A DNA stretch of 41,847 nucleotides from a virus: IMG/VR virus record IMGVR_UViG_3300031953_000042; one strand, written 5' to 3'. How positions within the stretch are numbered: position 1 is the stretch's first letter; every line of letters begins with the position of its first letter. Below, piece by piece: positions 23,898 to 32,312 of this stretch. Below the pieces are notes generated by a model that saw only the letters and a list, made by a program, of their open reading frames with translations, was not told the DNA's origin and did not search any database. Position numbers and translations under genes: made by a program.

Positions 23898-24599
23898 TTA
23901 GCCGGTGATCTTGATCGGCCAGTGTGTGTTCACGTCGGAGGCGTCTTTACCTGACCGGCGAAGATAGTCGGCGAATGACTCCGCTTGTGAGCGGGCCCAC
24001 TCGACTTGTGCGGCGTGCACTCCGTCGGGGTTGACCGAAGCGGCGAGCGCTAGATCGTCGAAGCGGCGAAGCATGGACTGCAGAACGCGGCCGGCGGCTA
24101 TGGAATCGGCGAGAGCTCCGTGGGCTTCACCCTCAAACTTCACCCCGTAGTGCTCGGCGGCGGCTACTAGGGTGCGCTTGCCCTTGCGGAAGCGGTCGAA
24201 TTGCTTGTCGAGTACCAGCGGGTCGAACACGTTCGGGCGGGGCATTAGCTCTTTGAGTTCTTTCCCGAAGTGGCGGCGGGTGCCGGCGTCGAGCATGGAC
24301 AGATCAAACGGGGCGTTATAGATCACGATCGGGAGATTGGCGCCGATCGCCGTCCGCAAGTGACCGACCATTTCGGCGATAGCTTCGCCGGGGACTTGGC
24401 CGAGTGCGGCCATTTCGTCGGTGATGCCGTGCACGGCGGTAGCTTCCGCGGGGATATGGATCTCCGGGTTCACTTTCCATTCGTGCCAATCCAACAACTC
24501 CCCGTCTTCGTCGAGCAGCGAGACCGCGCCGGAAACGATGCGGTCGTTCTCGGTGTCGACTCCGGTTGTTTCTAGGTCGAATGATGCGAGAGCAATCAT
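23898..24599 (-). CDS. DnaQ-like 3'-5' exonuclease (DEDDh family)
   Basis: Exo I FDLETTG, Exo II IYNAPFDLSML and Exo III HGALADSIAAGRV. Confidence 0.85.
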   Translation of the reverse strand: MIALASFDLETTGVDTENDRIVSGAVSLLDEDGELLDWHEWKVNPEIHIPAEATAVHGITDEMAALGQVPGEAIAEMVGHLRTAIGANLPIVIYNAPFDLSMLDAGTRRHFGKELKELMPRPNVFDPLVLDKQFDRFRKGKRTLVAAAEHYGVKFEGEAHGALADSIAAGRVLQSMLRRFDDLALAASVNPDGVHAAQVEWARSQAESFADYLRRSGKDASDVNTHWPIKITG

Positions 24600-24680
24600 G
24601 GGTTTGCTTCCTGTTCTGTTTCGGTTGTGCCTAATTGCACACCCCCGGCTACCCCGTGAGAGATAGCCGAGAGAGAGCCG

Positions 24681-25841
24681 TTAGGCGCTGATCTTGCGGT
24701 GACGAACTAGCGACGTGACTACAAGAGCCAAGCCGAGCAAGAGCGAACCGATTCCGAGACCGGCGGCCGCGGTGTTGTCGCTTCCCGTGAATGCGAGAGC
24801 GGCGGGCAGGGTCGGTGTCGGAAGATCAACAACCGGGGTCGGTGTCGGCTCGACGGGGGGCGGGGTTGGCTCCGGCTCGACAACGACGGGGGGAATTGTT
24901 TCCCACGTCATCGTCGGGTTGCAGGTGTCAGTTCCGACCGTGAAGACGACCGTCGTTCCGTCAACGAAGTGCCACGTTTCCGACTGCCCGGCGTTCGTGG
25001 GCATGTGGACGTAGATATTCCCGGCGATCATGTGCTTCGCCGGCTTGTCGTCGTAGCCCTGTTGTGCCGACTCAATCCAACCGCCGAACGATTCCGCGTT
25101 GAACAGGGCGGGCATGTTTTGGGTTGCGGCGTCGCGGCCGAAGTGAATCTCCCACCACACGTCGTCGCCGTTCACGTTGCCGGTTGTTCCCTCGGCTTCA
25201 CACAATGCCGGGGGAACGATAACGCAATCAGTCGCCGGCACAATCACCGGGTAAGCAACGGCGAGCGTCGTCGAACTGTCGGCGAACTTGTGCCCGCTGT
25301 TGGCGATCGCGTTCCGCTCTCCGTCGGTTGTGTCGGTGTCGTTCTCCCATGTGGCGTTCTCAATGGCGAACGCGGTCGAACCGGCGGCCGCGCACGTCGC
25401 GGGAGTCGTGACGGCGCTCGCGGTGGCGTCGAGCACGTCGGGAATTACGCACGCGGGAACGACAACGGTCGCGCTCTTCGTGTAGGCAAGTTTGCCGGGC
25501 TTGTGATTCTCGAACTGAACGCCAACGCTCAGCCGGTATTCGCCCGGCTCGACGTTCTGCGCCCAAGTCTGAGTTACTTCGTTGCCGCGAAGCGGGAGAC
25601 CGATCGCGCTCACGTCGGCGGGGGTAACGCCGTTCACTTCGAGACTTTCGATGGTGGCGTTGATTTTGTCGTACCCCTTGCCAAGATCGCCGGTAACTGT
25701 CCACGCGATCGACGCTTGGCCGGTTGTTGTGTCGCAGTTCGGGGTTCCTGTAACGGTCGGGTGGGTGGCGCTCGCGGGAATCGCGGCTCCTGCCACCACT
25801 AGGCCGGCGGCGAGTAGTGTCGCCGTTGCTGTTTTGAACAT
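24681..25841 (-). CDS. Secreted cell-wall-anchored surface protein (signal peptide plus LAFTG sortase sorting signal)
   Basis: N-terminus MFKTATATLLAAGLVVAGAAIPASA. C-terminus has a Pro-rich linker, LAFTG (codons 24783-24797), the hydrophobic stretch AAAGLGIGSLLLGLALVVTSLV, then RHRK. Confidence 0.8.
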   Translation of the reverse strand: MFKTATATLLAAGLVVAGAAIPASATHPTVTGTPNCDTTTGQASIAWTVTGDLGKGYDKINATIESLEVNGVTPADVSAIGLPLRGNEVTQTWAQNVEPGEYRLSVGVQFENHKPGKLAYTKSATVVVPACVIPDVLDATASAVTTPATCAAAGSTAFAIENATWENDTDTTDGERNAIANSGHKFADSSTTLAVAYPVIVPATDCVIVPPALCEAEGTTGNVNGDDVWWEIHFGRDAATQNMPALFNAESFGGWIESAQQGYDDKPAKHMIAGNIYVHMPTNAGQSETWHFVDGTTVVFTVGTDTCNPTMTWETIPPVVVEPEPTPPPVEPTPTPVVDLPTPTLPAALAFTGSDNTAAAGLGIGSLLLGLALVVTSLVRHRKISA

Positions 25842-25860
25842 TGTCTGGGTCTCTCTTTCG

Positions 25861-26169
25861 TTATTCGGTGGGTGTTGCTATTGCTACGCCGTGCGCGTGC
25901 GCGGCGAGTTCGATGGTTTTCGGGGAAGCGTTGGCGAGCATTAGGTCGCTGAGCCATTCGGGGAGTTCGCCCCAACAGAACAAAGAGCGGGTGCCGGGCT
26001 CGGCGGGGAGTTCATGCCAAGAGAACCCGACACCGCGGCCGGCTTCGTCGAACGTGAACACGGTCACGGGGGCGTTTTGGTCTACTTTCTCCCATGTCCC
26101 GTTGCCGATAATCGCGTTGACCATTACGGCAACGACGCGGGCGAACTGTTCGTTAGCGGTTTTTGTCAT
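25861..26169 (-). CDS. Hypothetical protein
   Basis: 102-aa ORF with an ATG start and tight spacing in the operon. Confidence 0.6.
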   Translation of the reverse strand: MTKTANEQFARVVAVMVNAIIGNGTWEKVDQNAPVTVFTFDEAGRGVGFSWHELPAEPGTRSLFCWGELPEWLSDLMLANASPKTIELAAHAHGVAIATPTE

Positions 26170-26172
26170 GGT

Positions 26173-26517
26173 CTAAACCTTGCCGATCAGCGTCAGCAGT
26201 TGTTCCGGCTTCGTGATCGGGATGTGGCACGAAGCGCAAAGAATGATCGCCGCGGCGGGCACGGTAAAGAACTCGGCCACTTCCCGGTTCATGTGCTCGA
26301 AGCCGTCCGCGCAAACTGCCCGCAAGAATGGCTCGCAAGTCTCCATCGATCGGGAGTGCGCGACCATGACAACCCAAGCGGCCGGCGCTTCGGGGTCGCA
26401 CCCGCGACGCCCCTCAACGTGCCGGGGGCGATCGCATGGCACGAACGGCTCGAAGTCGAGAGCCGCGAGAACACTCTCGTCGATGGTTAGCCCGGTGACG
26501 GGTTCCGCGGTGCTCAT
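26173..26517 (-). CDS. Hypothetical Cys-containing protein
   Basis: 114 aa. ATGA overlap with the upstream gene. Confidence 0.6.
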   Translation of the reverse strand: MSTAEPVTGLTIDESVLAALDFEPFVPCDRPRHVEGRRGCDPEAPAAWVVMVAHSRSMETCEPFLRAVCADGFEHMNREVAEFFTVPAAAIILCASCHIPITKPEQLLTLIGKV

Positions 26518-26912
26518 AGAACACCGTCCCCGGTGACAACCACGGCGCCGTCGGGCATAAGCACGGTTTCAATGGTCATAGCGTCGAGCGGGTTCGCGCC
26601 GCCGTCGGAGAGCTCCCGCACGGTTTGGAGAATCCACGCCATGAGAGCCGTTTCGGGCCCGTGCTCGGCGATCGCTTCGGGTTTGATCGTGTGCACCGCG
26701 CGAACGACAAAGCCGGGGGCGGCGGTGCGGTCTTTGGTCTGCCCGAAAGAGCCTCGAGCAACGTCGGCGGGCTTCGGTGCCCCGTTGATCGTTCCTAAGT
26801 CGTAGGCGTCGCGGATAGCTTGCAACGCTTCGGCGCGGGTAATCTTCGCGATTCGTTGAACGTTGAGCAGCTTCGTTGCGATCTGTTCGAGTGCTTCGGT
26901 GGGTTCTGACAT
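26514..26912 (-). CDS. Hypothetical protein
   Basis: ATG at 26912 with GAAAGAG upstream; sequence begins MSEPTEALEQIATKLL. The track extension to 27140 is Pro/Ser-rich shadow sequence overlapping the next gene. Confidence 0.6.
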   Translation of the reverse strand: MSEPTEALEQIATKLLNVQRIAKITRAEALQAIRDAYDLGTINGAPKPADVARGSFGQTKDRTAAPGFVVRAVHTIKPEAIAEHGPETALMAWILQTVRELSDGGANPLDAMTIETVLMPDGAVVVTGDGVL

Positions 26913-26934
26913 TGTGTGGGTCTCTTTCTCTGGG

Positions 26935-27273
26935 TTACTTAGGGCTGAACAGGCGGGCGGCTTCGGGGAAGCCGAGCTCGGCGAGCTTGGCGTGAATGTC
27001 GGCGCCGGTGAACAGTTGCCGGTGGGGGGCGGTGTCGCGAATGACGTCGGCTCCCAACTCTTGCCCGCACTCCATCCAGAACCCGTTTTCGACAAGTTCG
27101 GCGGGGTTGTCGTTGCGGTCGATGTAGAAACCTTTGTCAACGGGAACGCCGTCGATTGCGGCGCCGATCAGCGGGGCGGTTGCTTGTAGTGCCGAGATAC
27201 GGGCCTCGAGCGCGGCGAGAGCGACAATGGCTTCCGCGAGCTCGGCGGCCGCGTCGCGCGGTGCGGCGCTCAT
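26935..27273 (-). CDS. Hypothetical protein
   Basis: 112 aa. ATGA overlap with the upstream gene. Confidence 0.6.
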   Translation of the reverse strand: MSAAPRDAAAELAEAIVALAALEARISALQATAPLIGAAIDGVPVDKGFYIDRNDNPAELVENGFWMECGQELGADVIRDTAPHRQLFTGADIHAKLAELGFPEAARLFSPK

Positions 27274-27839
27274 TCGCTTGCCTTAGTGCTCGGAACCGCT
27301 TCAATGCGGCTCCCGATCTCGAAATTCCCGTCCTCTGACACGTCGCACCAGAACCGGCCGGGAGTAATCTCGCCAAACCCGCCGTGGCTAAACCGGCGGA
27401 AAGCGTCGAGCAGCACGGCGCACCGCGGGGTCTCCGGTCGAATGTGCGGGGCAACGTAAGCCATCCCGGTTTCTTCAATGATCAAGACGTGGCGGGGAGC
27501 TTCGGTCTCGTACTCGGTAGCGGGCTCGGTCTCTGTTTTCTTCACGGGGTTACTTCCTTTTCTGTTCGATGGTTGCGGGCGGTTGCTTTTGAGCCCTAGC
27601 CGTTTTAGCTCGGTCTGGACTCGGATATTGGTCTGGTTCATTGCCCGTGCGATTTCGGGAACTGTTGCGCCTTTCCCGTGCAACTCCCGCACTTGCGTAG
27701 CGAACGGCGTCGGCTTTTGGAACGTTGCGAAGACTACGGCCGAGCGTGCGAGCTCCCGCGGGTGTTGACCTAAGCCGCCGGCCGCTTCCGCTAGGGCTAA
27801 GTACTCCCGGTTCGTGAGCTCGATCGTTAGCAGTTTCAC
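27270..27839 (-). CDS. DNA-binding protein (RHH-like N-terminus plus HTH)
   Basis: MKLLTIELTNREYLALAEAA is RHH-like. GATVPEIARAMNQTNIRVQTELKRLG is an HTH. GTG start in a GTGA overlap. Confidence 0.6.
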   Translation of the reverse strand: MKLLTIELTNREYLALAEAAGGLGQHPRELARSAVVFATFQKPTPFATQVRELHGKGATVPEIARAMNQTNIRVQTELKRLGLKSNRPQPSNRKGSNPVKKTETEPATEYETEAPRHVLIIEETGMAYVAPHIRPETPRCAVLLDAFRRFSHGGFGEITPGRFWCDVSEDGNFEIGSRIEAVPSTKASE

Positions 27840-28255
27840 CGGATCCCCAATTCGTCGACGGCCATTGTGAGCAAGTGCGAAACGCTAGGGCTCGACGGGT
27901 TCCAAAACCCCAACGCGCCGGGCGTCGGCACAGGCGTAACGAACTCGCGAGCGCCGGAGAGCTCCCAATGCCACGCGGCGCCGGCGATCGCTCCGTCGGC
28001 CGCCGAGCAGTCACACTCGGCCGAGTCTGCCCGGTGGCTTCCGGTGAGATTCGCGAAGCCGACAACGGCGCGGGTTGTGATCTTGCCGGCGCGGAAACGC
28101 TCGACATACTCGGCCGGCGCTAGTTCGTGCACGGCAACGGCCGCATGGATAAACACAAGCCCGCGAACGCCGGTGACTTGGCTCCGGTTCTCGATGGTCT
28201 TCCGCCCCTGAACGATCGCGTCGGCGAACGGTTGGCGAACGGTGAGCACTCTCAT
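27836..28255 (-). CDS. ASCH domain protein
   Basis: MRVLTVRQPFADAIVQGRKTIENR is the typical ASCH N-terminus. ATGA overlap with the upstream gene. Confidence 0.65.
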   Translation of the reverse strand: MRVLTVRQPFADAIVQGRKTIENRSQVTGVRGLVFIHAAVAVHELAPAEYVERFRAGKITTRAVVGFANLTGSHRADSAECDCSAADGAIAGAAWHWELSGAREFVTPVPTPGALGFWNPSSPSVSHLLTMAVDELGIR

Positions 28256-28422
28256 TCCGTCCCCCAACCTAGAAACACGAAACCGACGAATGCGAGCCAA
28301 GCAGCGAGCACAAGCCCGCCGACAATCGCACCCGGTGACTCCCGGCGCCAAAGCAGCATGGCAACGGCAACGACGCCGGAGAGCAGCAACGAAAATAATC
28401 CGAGCATGTAAACGGCGATCAT
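28252..28422 (-). CDS. Small membrane protein (2 TM, 56 aa)
   Basis: ATG 28422 lies in an ATGA overlap. Sequence: MIAVYMLGLFSLLLSGVVAVAMLLW...LVLAAWLAFVGFVFLGW. Confidence 0.55.
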   Translation of the reverse strand: MIAVYMLGLFSLLLSGVVAVAMLLWRRESPGAIVGGLVLAAWLAFVGFVFLGWGTE

Positions 28423-29141
28423 TCCGACCACCGCCCGGTGTCTAGGTAGTTCAGCAGCACAAGCGGCTCCTCGCGGGTTAGGCACGTCAAAACGAAACGC
28501 GTCGGCAGTTTTGGGAATGTCTTAGCTCGGTCTAGGTAGTGCGTGCGAATGCCGCCGGCTTCGATCGGGTGACATTCCCGGCCGGTGAGTTCCGCGACGT
28601 GCTGAGCTATCCGAGCGAGGTCGTTGTCCACAGATTCCACAGAGTTACTAACAGTCAATCCGGTGCCGGGAACTTCGCTGGTGAGTTCGGCTATTGACTG
28701 ATTGTTCTTTGGGTTGGGTTGGGTAGGGACTGGGACTGGGACTGGGGGGGGCGTTACTTCGTTTTTGTAACGCGTTACACCATCGTTGCTCTCGCCCGTG
28801 TTTACTGCCTTAGAGTCGCGGTGCTTGCGAACCCGATCAGTTGCGGCTTGGCGTTTCTTCTCTACCTCTTCGCGGGTCTGTTGCCACTTTGACCAGTTGC
28901 GGAAGCGATACCCGTCGCGAAGCTTCGTCCATAACTTCGCCTCAATCAGCACGCCGGCGAGCTCTTCCGACCCGCCTAGGTCTTCGACCATGTAGCCGGG
29001 AACGAAGCCGTCTTTCAGGTGATCGGAACTCCACGCGCCGGCGAGAGTCCAGAGCCCGATCGCCGCGACGCGAGTCGCGCGGGGCATTGACTTAACCTCT
29101 TCGGCGCTGTGGAACTTGTCGTCAACTCGGAACCAACTCAC
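28419..29141 (-). CDS. Putative DNA-binding / replication-associated protein (function uncertain)
   Basis: Starts at GTG 29141 with (M)SWFRVDDKFHS..., an N-terminus I recall from actinophage and actinobacterial replisome-organiser-like proteins. The middle is basic and helical. Confidence 0.4.
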   Translation of the reverse strand: MSWFRVDDKFHSAEEVKSMPRATRVAAIGLWTLAGAWSSDHLKDGFVPGYMVEDLGGSEELAGVLIEAKLWTKLRDGYRFRNWSKWQQTREEVEKKRQAATDRVRKHRDSKAVNTGESNDGVTRYKNEVTPPPVPVPVPTQPNPKNNQSIAELTSEVPGTGLTVSNSVESVDNDLARIAQHVAELTGRECHPIEAGGIRTHYLDRAKTFPKLPTRFVLTCLTREEPLVLLNYLDTGRWSE

Positions 29142-29215
29142 GGGCGCACCCCGCTGTTCCGCGCACGGCGAACGGTGCGGGCAGTAGTCGGCGCGGTGTT
29201 GGTAGAATCGTTCAC
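29138..29215 (-). CDS. Candidate 25-aa leader ORF coupled to the downstream gene
   Basis: AGGAGG (29230-29225) lies 9 nt before GTG 29215. Its stop TGA overlaps GTG 29141 (GTGA). Confidence 0.3.
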   Translation of the reverse strand: MNDSTNTAPTTARTVRRARNSGVRP

Positions 29216-29300
29216 GCGGCCGCACCTCCTAACTAGGTGATCTGGCTGGAACGCGTCGGGCTCGTAACCCGGCGCGTTCGTTCGTTCTGAGAGCGTAACA

Positions 29301-29636
29301 CTATGCGAAGACATAATCGCCACTCGAGAGCAACAGAACGGGCAACCGATACGCCGGGTGGAAGTACGGCACAAGTTCCGGGTCGTCATAGCGGGAGAGT
29401 TTGACCCCCCGTTCGCGGGCGAGCTCGGCGAGGTCGGGGTCTGACTCGATAAGCCCGTTGCACGTCCAGCAGATCGCGCACGCGTTGGCGAGAGTGTTCG
29501 CCCCTTTGAAGCCGCCGGCGCCCCTGTTAGCGCGGTGATTGACCGTTGTCGCTTTCCGGTAACAGATCGGGCAAGTCTCGAAGTCTCGAAACAAAACGAT
29601 GGCTTTTTGCTCGGCGGTGAATCCGGTCGCGGCCAT
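29301..29636 (-). CDS. HNH endonuclease
   Basis: CPIC ... VNHRANRGAGG ... CAICWTCN fits the HNH/zinc pattern. Confidence 0.8.
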   Translation of the reverse strand: MAATGFTAEQKAIVLFRDFETCPICYRKATTVNHRANRGAGGFKGANTLANACAICWTCNGLIESDPDLAELARERGVKLSRYDDPELVPYFHPAYRLPVLLLSSGDYVFA

Positions 29637-29667
29637 AGCCGGGCCTCGGTCTCTCTTGTCTGGGTTT

Positions 29668-29841
29668 TCATCTGTGATCGCTTTCTATACACGCGGCGAC
29701 GTAGGCATACACGCCGCCGATTTCGTTCCGAAACTTGTCGGTTATGTGCTGAACGTATTCGGGAGTGATCGCGGCGCCCTCTGACTGGATGCGGGCAGAC
29801 TCCGCCCGCACCCACTCGGAATGCTCGGCCGCGGTCTTCAC
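29668..29841 (-). CDS. Hypothetical 57-aa protein (below track cutoff)
   Basis: GTGA overlap with the methyltransferase stop. Sequence: (M)KTAAEHSEWVRAESARIQSEGAAITPEYVQHITDKFRNEIGGVYAYVAACIESDHR. Confidence 0.5.
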   Translation of the reverse strand: MKTAAEHSEWVRAESARIQSEGAAITPEYVQHITDKFRNEIGGVYAYVAACIESDHR

Positions 29842-31310
29842 AAGTCCCCGAAGAGTGTCTGCTGGTGTTCTTTCTTGAGCCGCTTTTCAATCAGCGGTAA
29901 GTGAGCCCCGTCGAGTTCAATCCCGATAACGCTCACACCCTCAATGAGGCACGCTTCGAGCGTTGTCCCTGAGCCGGCGAACGGCTCGAGCACGGTTCCG
30001 CCGGCGGGCACGAAGAGCCGCACAAGGTGGCGCATTAGGTCGAGCGGCTTCACCGTCGGGTGCTGCAATGTGTTGCCCTGTTCGTCGATCACCGTCGGGC
30101 GTTCACTTGTCGGCGCTTTCGCTTCGTACCTGAACGCGGGAAAGAATCGGGCGGCGTCGCGGCGTTGCTCTTCGAGCAGCAGCACGGGGCATCCATCGAC
30201 GCACCCGTTCCCGCACGCGTCCCCGATCGCTTCCCCGGTGTCGGTGTCGATCGTTGGGGCGTGCGTTAGCAACGCGTTAGCCGGCCACCGAGCGTCTTCG
30301 GGGGTGAGCGGGTCGGCCGACGGGGTTCGGTTCGCTTCAACATTGATCGCGCCGACACCGTGGACGGTGATGTTCGTCGCGACGGTGCCGACTAGCGGCT
30401 TGCGGGCGAGCACGATCGGCTCAAACGACGGCTTTAGGGCGGTGCCCCAACCTTGCCACTTCCGAGAGAGCTCGGTGGCCGCTAAGTCGCGACGCTCGGC
30501 CGCCGGCGCTGCAGTCTCCCCTTTCTCGGAGAACTTCGCACGCCAACCCGCGGCGTGCGCGATCTTCGTATGTTGCCCCGTGACTTCCCGGTCGAGCCAT
30601 GCAGCGCCCGGTTGCCCTTTCTGCCCGTTGAGCTCAACAATCAGCGACCGGATTTCGTCGGGTACTTCGGCGAGAGTGAGCCCGAAGAGTTCGAGCAGTT
30701 GCGGCACCTGTTCGAGCGTCGGGACGGCGGGTTGTTGCCCGTCGGTTGTCCAATGCCCGGCCATGCCCGCGAATCCGAACGCTCGATCGATCGCAGGGTT
30801 CGTTATGCCGGCCGCGTCGCGTGCTGCGCGTGCCCACTCGGTGAACTGTAAGAGCTCGGCCCGGTTGTGGCGTTGCTTGTCGAGCGCTTTCGACACGTCG
30901 AGATTCTTCGGGAACCCCGACGAATAGAGCCACGCTATGCCGTCGCGAATCTCAAACCCGGCGTTCTCAATTCCCGACGTGAGCCGGTGAGCAGTTCGAG
31001 CAGACCCGAACGCGAGCAGAAACCCGCCCGGTTTGAGCACGCGCAACGCTTCGGCCGCCCATTGCTCGCACCAGACTTCAAAGCCCCGCAACTTGACCCG
31101 GTCTTCGGTCTTGAACGTGTCCCAGCTCCGGTTCATAAACTCCAAGGCGTAAGGCGGGTCGGTGATCACCGCGTCGACGCTCTCCGGTTCGAGTAGTCGC
31201 ATTGTCTCGATGCAGTCACCGTGCCAAAGATCGGCGCCGCCGTCGGAGTAGTGAAGCACGGGGGCGGGTGTCGGGTCTGTCATTGTGTGGATCTCCGGTT
31301 CGTTGTTCAT
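29838..31310 (-). CDS. DNA methyltransferase (N6-adenine or N4-cytosine, beta-class DPPY)
   Basis: Motif IV VITDPPY lies near the N-terminus and motif I EPFAGSGTT near the C-terminus, with a long intervening region. ATG 31310 (ATGA coupling) is preferred; ATG 31283 is an alternative. Confidence 0.85.
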   Translation of the reverse strand: MNNEPEIHTMTDPTPAPVLHYSDGGADLWHGDCIETMRLLEPESVDAVITDPPYALEFMNRSWDTFKTEDRVKLRGFEVWCEQWAAEALRVLKPGGFLLAFGSARTAHRLTSGIENAGFEIRDGIAWLYSSGFPKNLDVSKALDKQRHNRAELLQFTEWARAARDAAGITNPAIDRAFGFAGMAGHWTTDGQQPAVPTLEQVPQLLELFGLTLAEVPDEIRSLIVELNGQKGQPGAAWLDREVTGQHTKIAHAAGWRAKFSEKGETAAPAAERRDLAATELSRKWQGWGTALKPSFEPIVLARKPLVGTVATNITVHGVGAINVEANRTPSADPLTPEDARWPANALLTHAPTIDTDTGEAIGDACGNGCVDGCPVLLLEEQRRDAARFFPAFRYEAKAPTSERPTVIDEQGNTLQHPTVKPLDLMRHLVRLFVPAGGTVLEPFAGSGTTLEACLIEGVSVIGIELDGAHLPLIEKRLKKEHQQTLFGDL

Positions 31311-31516
31311 TGTTGGCCGTTTCGTTGTCTGCGCCAGTTTGGTTTCGGGTCGCCCTCTTCGACTTCCGCGACTAGATAATCGCGGCACGATCGGCACGGG
31401 GCGCCACGTTGCACGTTCTCCAAGTGATGATCGAATACAAAGCCGCACCGCCAACACACGGTCAAGCTCTTAGCCCTAACCGTGTGCTTGCCGACGTGCG
31501 CGCCGAGCAGCGTCAT
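31307..31516 (-). CDS. Zinc-ribbon miniprotein (69 aa)
   Basis: ATG 31516 lies in an ATGA overlap. CWRCG ... CRSC gives a CxxC...CxxC pattern. Confidence 0.5.
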   Translation of the reverse strand: MTLLGAHVGKHTVRAKSLTVCWRCGFVFDHHLENVQRGAPCRSCRDYLVAEVEEGDPKPNWRRQRNGQQ

Positions 31517-31650
31517 TTCGGGAGTCGCTTCGTGCCGAAAGTTTCCCCGCAATTGCACCGCAACACTAGAAAGCCGGGCATGTTGTCGCTACAAACCCAG
31601 ATCGCGATATGTTCGTGGGCGGCTTCCGCTCGCCGGGTTCTCTTGCTCAC
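31513..31650 (-). CDS. Hypothetical 45-aa Cys-containing miniprotein (below track cutoff)
   Basis: GTGA overlap at its start and ATGA overlap at its stop. Sequence: (M)SKRTRRAEAAHEHIAIWVCSDNMPGFLVLRCNCGETFGTKRLPK. Confidence 0.45.
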   Translation of the reverse strand: MSKRTRRAEAAHEHIAIWVCSDNMPGFLVLRCNCGETFGTKRLPK

Positions 31651-31868
31651 TTCTTGCGCCTCTCGAAGTCGGCCGTCTGCGCGGCGATAATCTCCCCCAG
31701 TTGCTTGTGCAACCGGGCTAGTTCTCCGAAGTCGAGCCGTTGCATAATTCCCCAATAGCCGACCTCCAACGCGATACGAACCCCGGCGCGATCTTCGGAG
31801 ACAGAGAGCACAGGCCCGACGCCGTCTTGCATGTACTCTTCGCTTGGCACTTCGGCACGTTTGCTCAT
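31647..31868 (-). CDS. Hypothetical protein
   Basis: 73 aa with an ATG start and protein-like composition. Confidence 0.6.
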   Translation of the reverse strand: MSKRAEVPSEEYMQDGVGPVLSVSEDRAGVRIALEVGYWGIMQRLDFGELARLHKQLGEIIAAQTADFERRKK

Positions 31869-32158
31869 TTCCGCCCCCTATGTGTAACCCGGATTACGGG
31901 TTGCGAGCGGCCGAGAACGGCGAGAGCACGACCGACGGTCTCCGGCGTTGACTCGCCGGCGAGCTCGGCGCGCACGTCGGCGAACTGAGCCTCGAGAAAC
32001 TTCACCCGTGCCTGTGCAATGTTGCGGCCGTGCTCGAAGCGGTGCGCCCGGTACTCCCACAGTTCAGCGTTCCCGTTCGCTTCGGCAACTTTCGTTTTTA
32101 GGTTCTCGATGCGGGTTAGGTTTTCGCCCCACTTCTTCGCGTCGGTTGGCTTAGTCAT
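31865..32158 (-). CDS. Hypothetical helical protein
   Basis: ATG 32158 (MTKPTDAKKW...). The track start at 32182 is TTG. Confidence 0.55.
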   Translation of the reverse strand: MTKPTDAKKWGENLTRIENLKTKVAEANGNAELWEYRAHRFEHGRNIAQARVKFLEAQFADVRAELAGESTPETVGRALAVLGRSQPVIRVTHRGRK

Positions 32159-32312
32159 TCGAGGTTCCGTTCTGTGCGTCAAAGTCGCGGAGAGCTTTCT
32201 CGGCGGCGCGAAAGTCTTTTAGCTTCCCGACGTTTTCCGCGTAGTCGTTTAGTTTCTGTTTCGCGTCCCATGCCAGCAGAAGGCGAGTGTTTGTGCGGGC
32301 GTCGTCGCTCAT
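32151..32312 (-). CDS. Hypothetical 53-aa protein
   Basis: ATG 32312 lies in an ATGA overlap with the upstream zinc-ribbon ORF. Sequence begins MSDDARTNTRLLLAWDAKQKLNDY. Confidence 0.5.
   Translation of the reverse strand: MSDDARTNTRLLLAWDAKQKLNDYAENVGKLKDFRAAEKALRDFDAQNGTSND

Noticed and set aside
24969-25802. 277-aa plus-strand ORF opposite the LAFTG surface-protein gene
   Set aside because: The product is Arg/Gly/Val-rich with no start context. The minus-strand frame has a signal peptide, a sorting signal and an RBS, so it is clearly the coding frame.
29138-29890. 250-aa minus-strand ORF spanning the HNH region
   Set aside because: It is out of frame with the HNH gene and the 57-aa gene it overlaps, and its composition is Arg/Ser/Thr-rich. 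Only its last 25 codons (29138-29215), which have an AGGAGG site, were kept as a low-confidence leader ORF.
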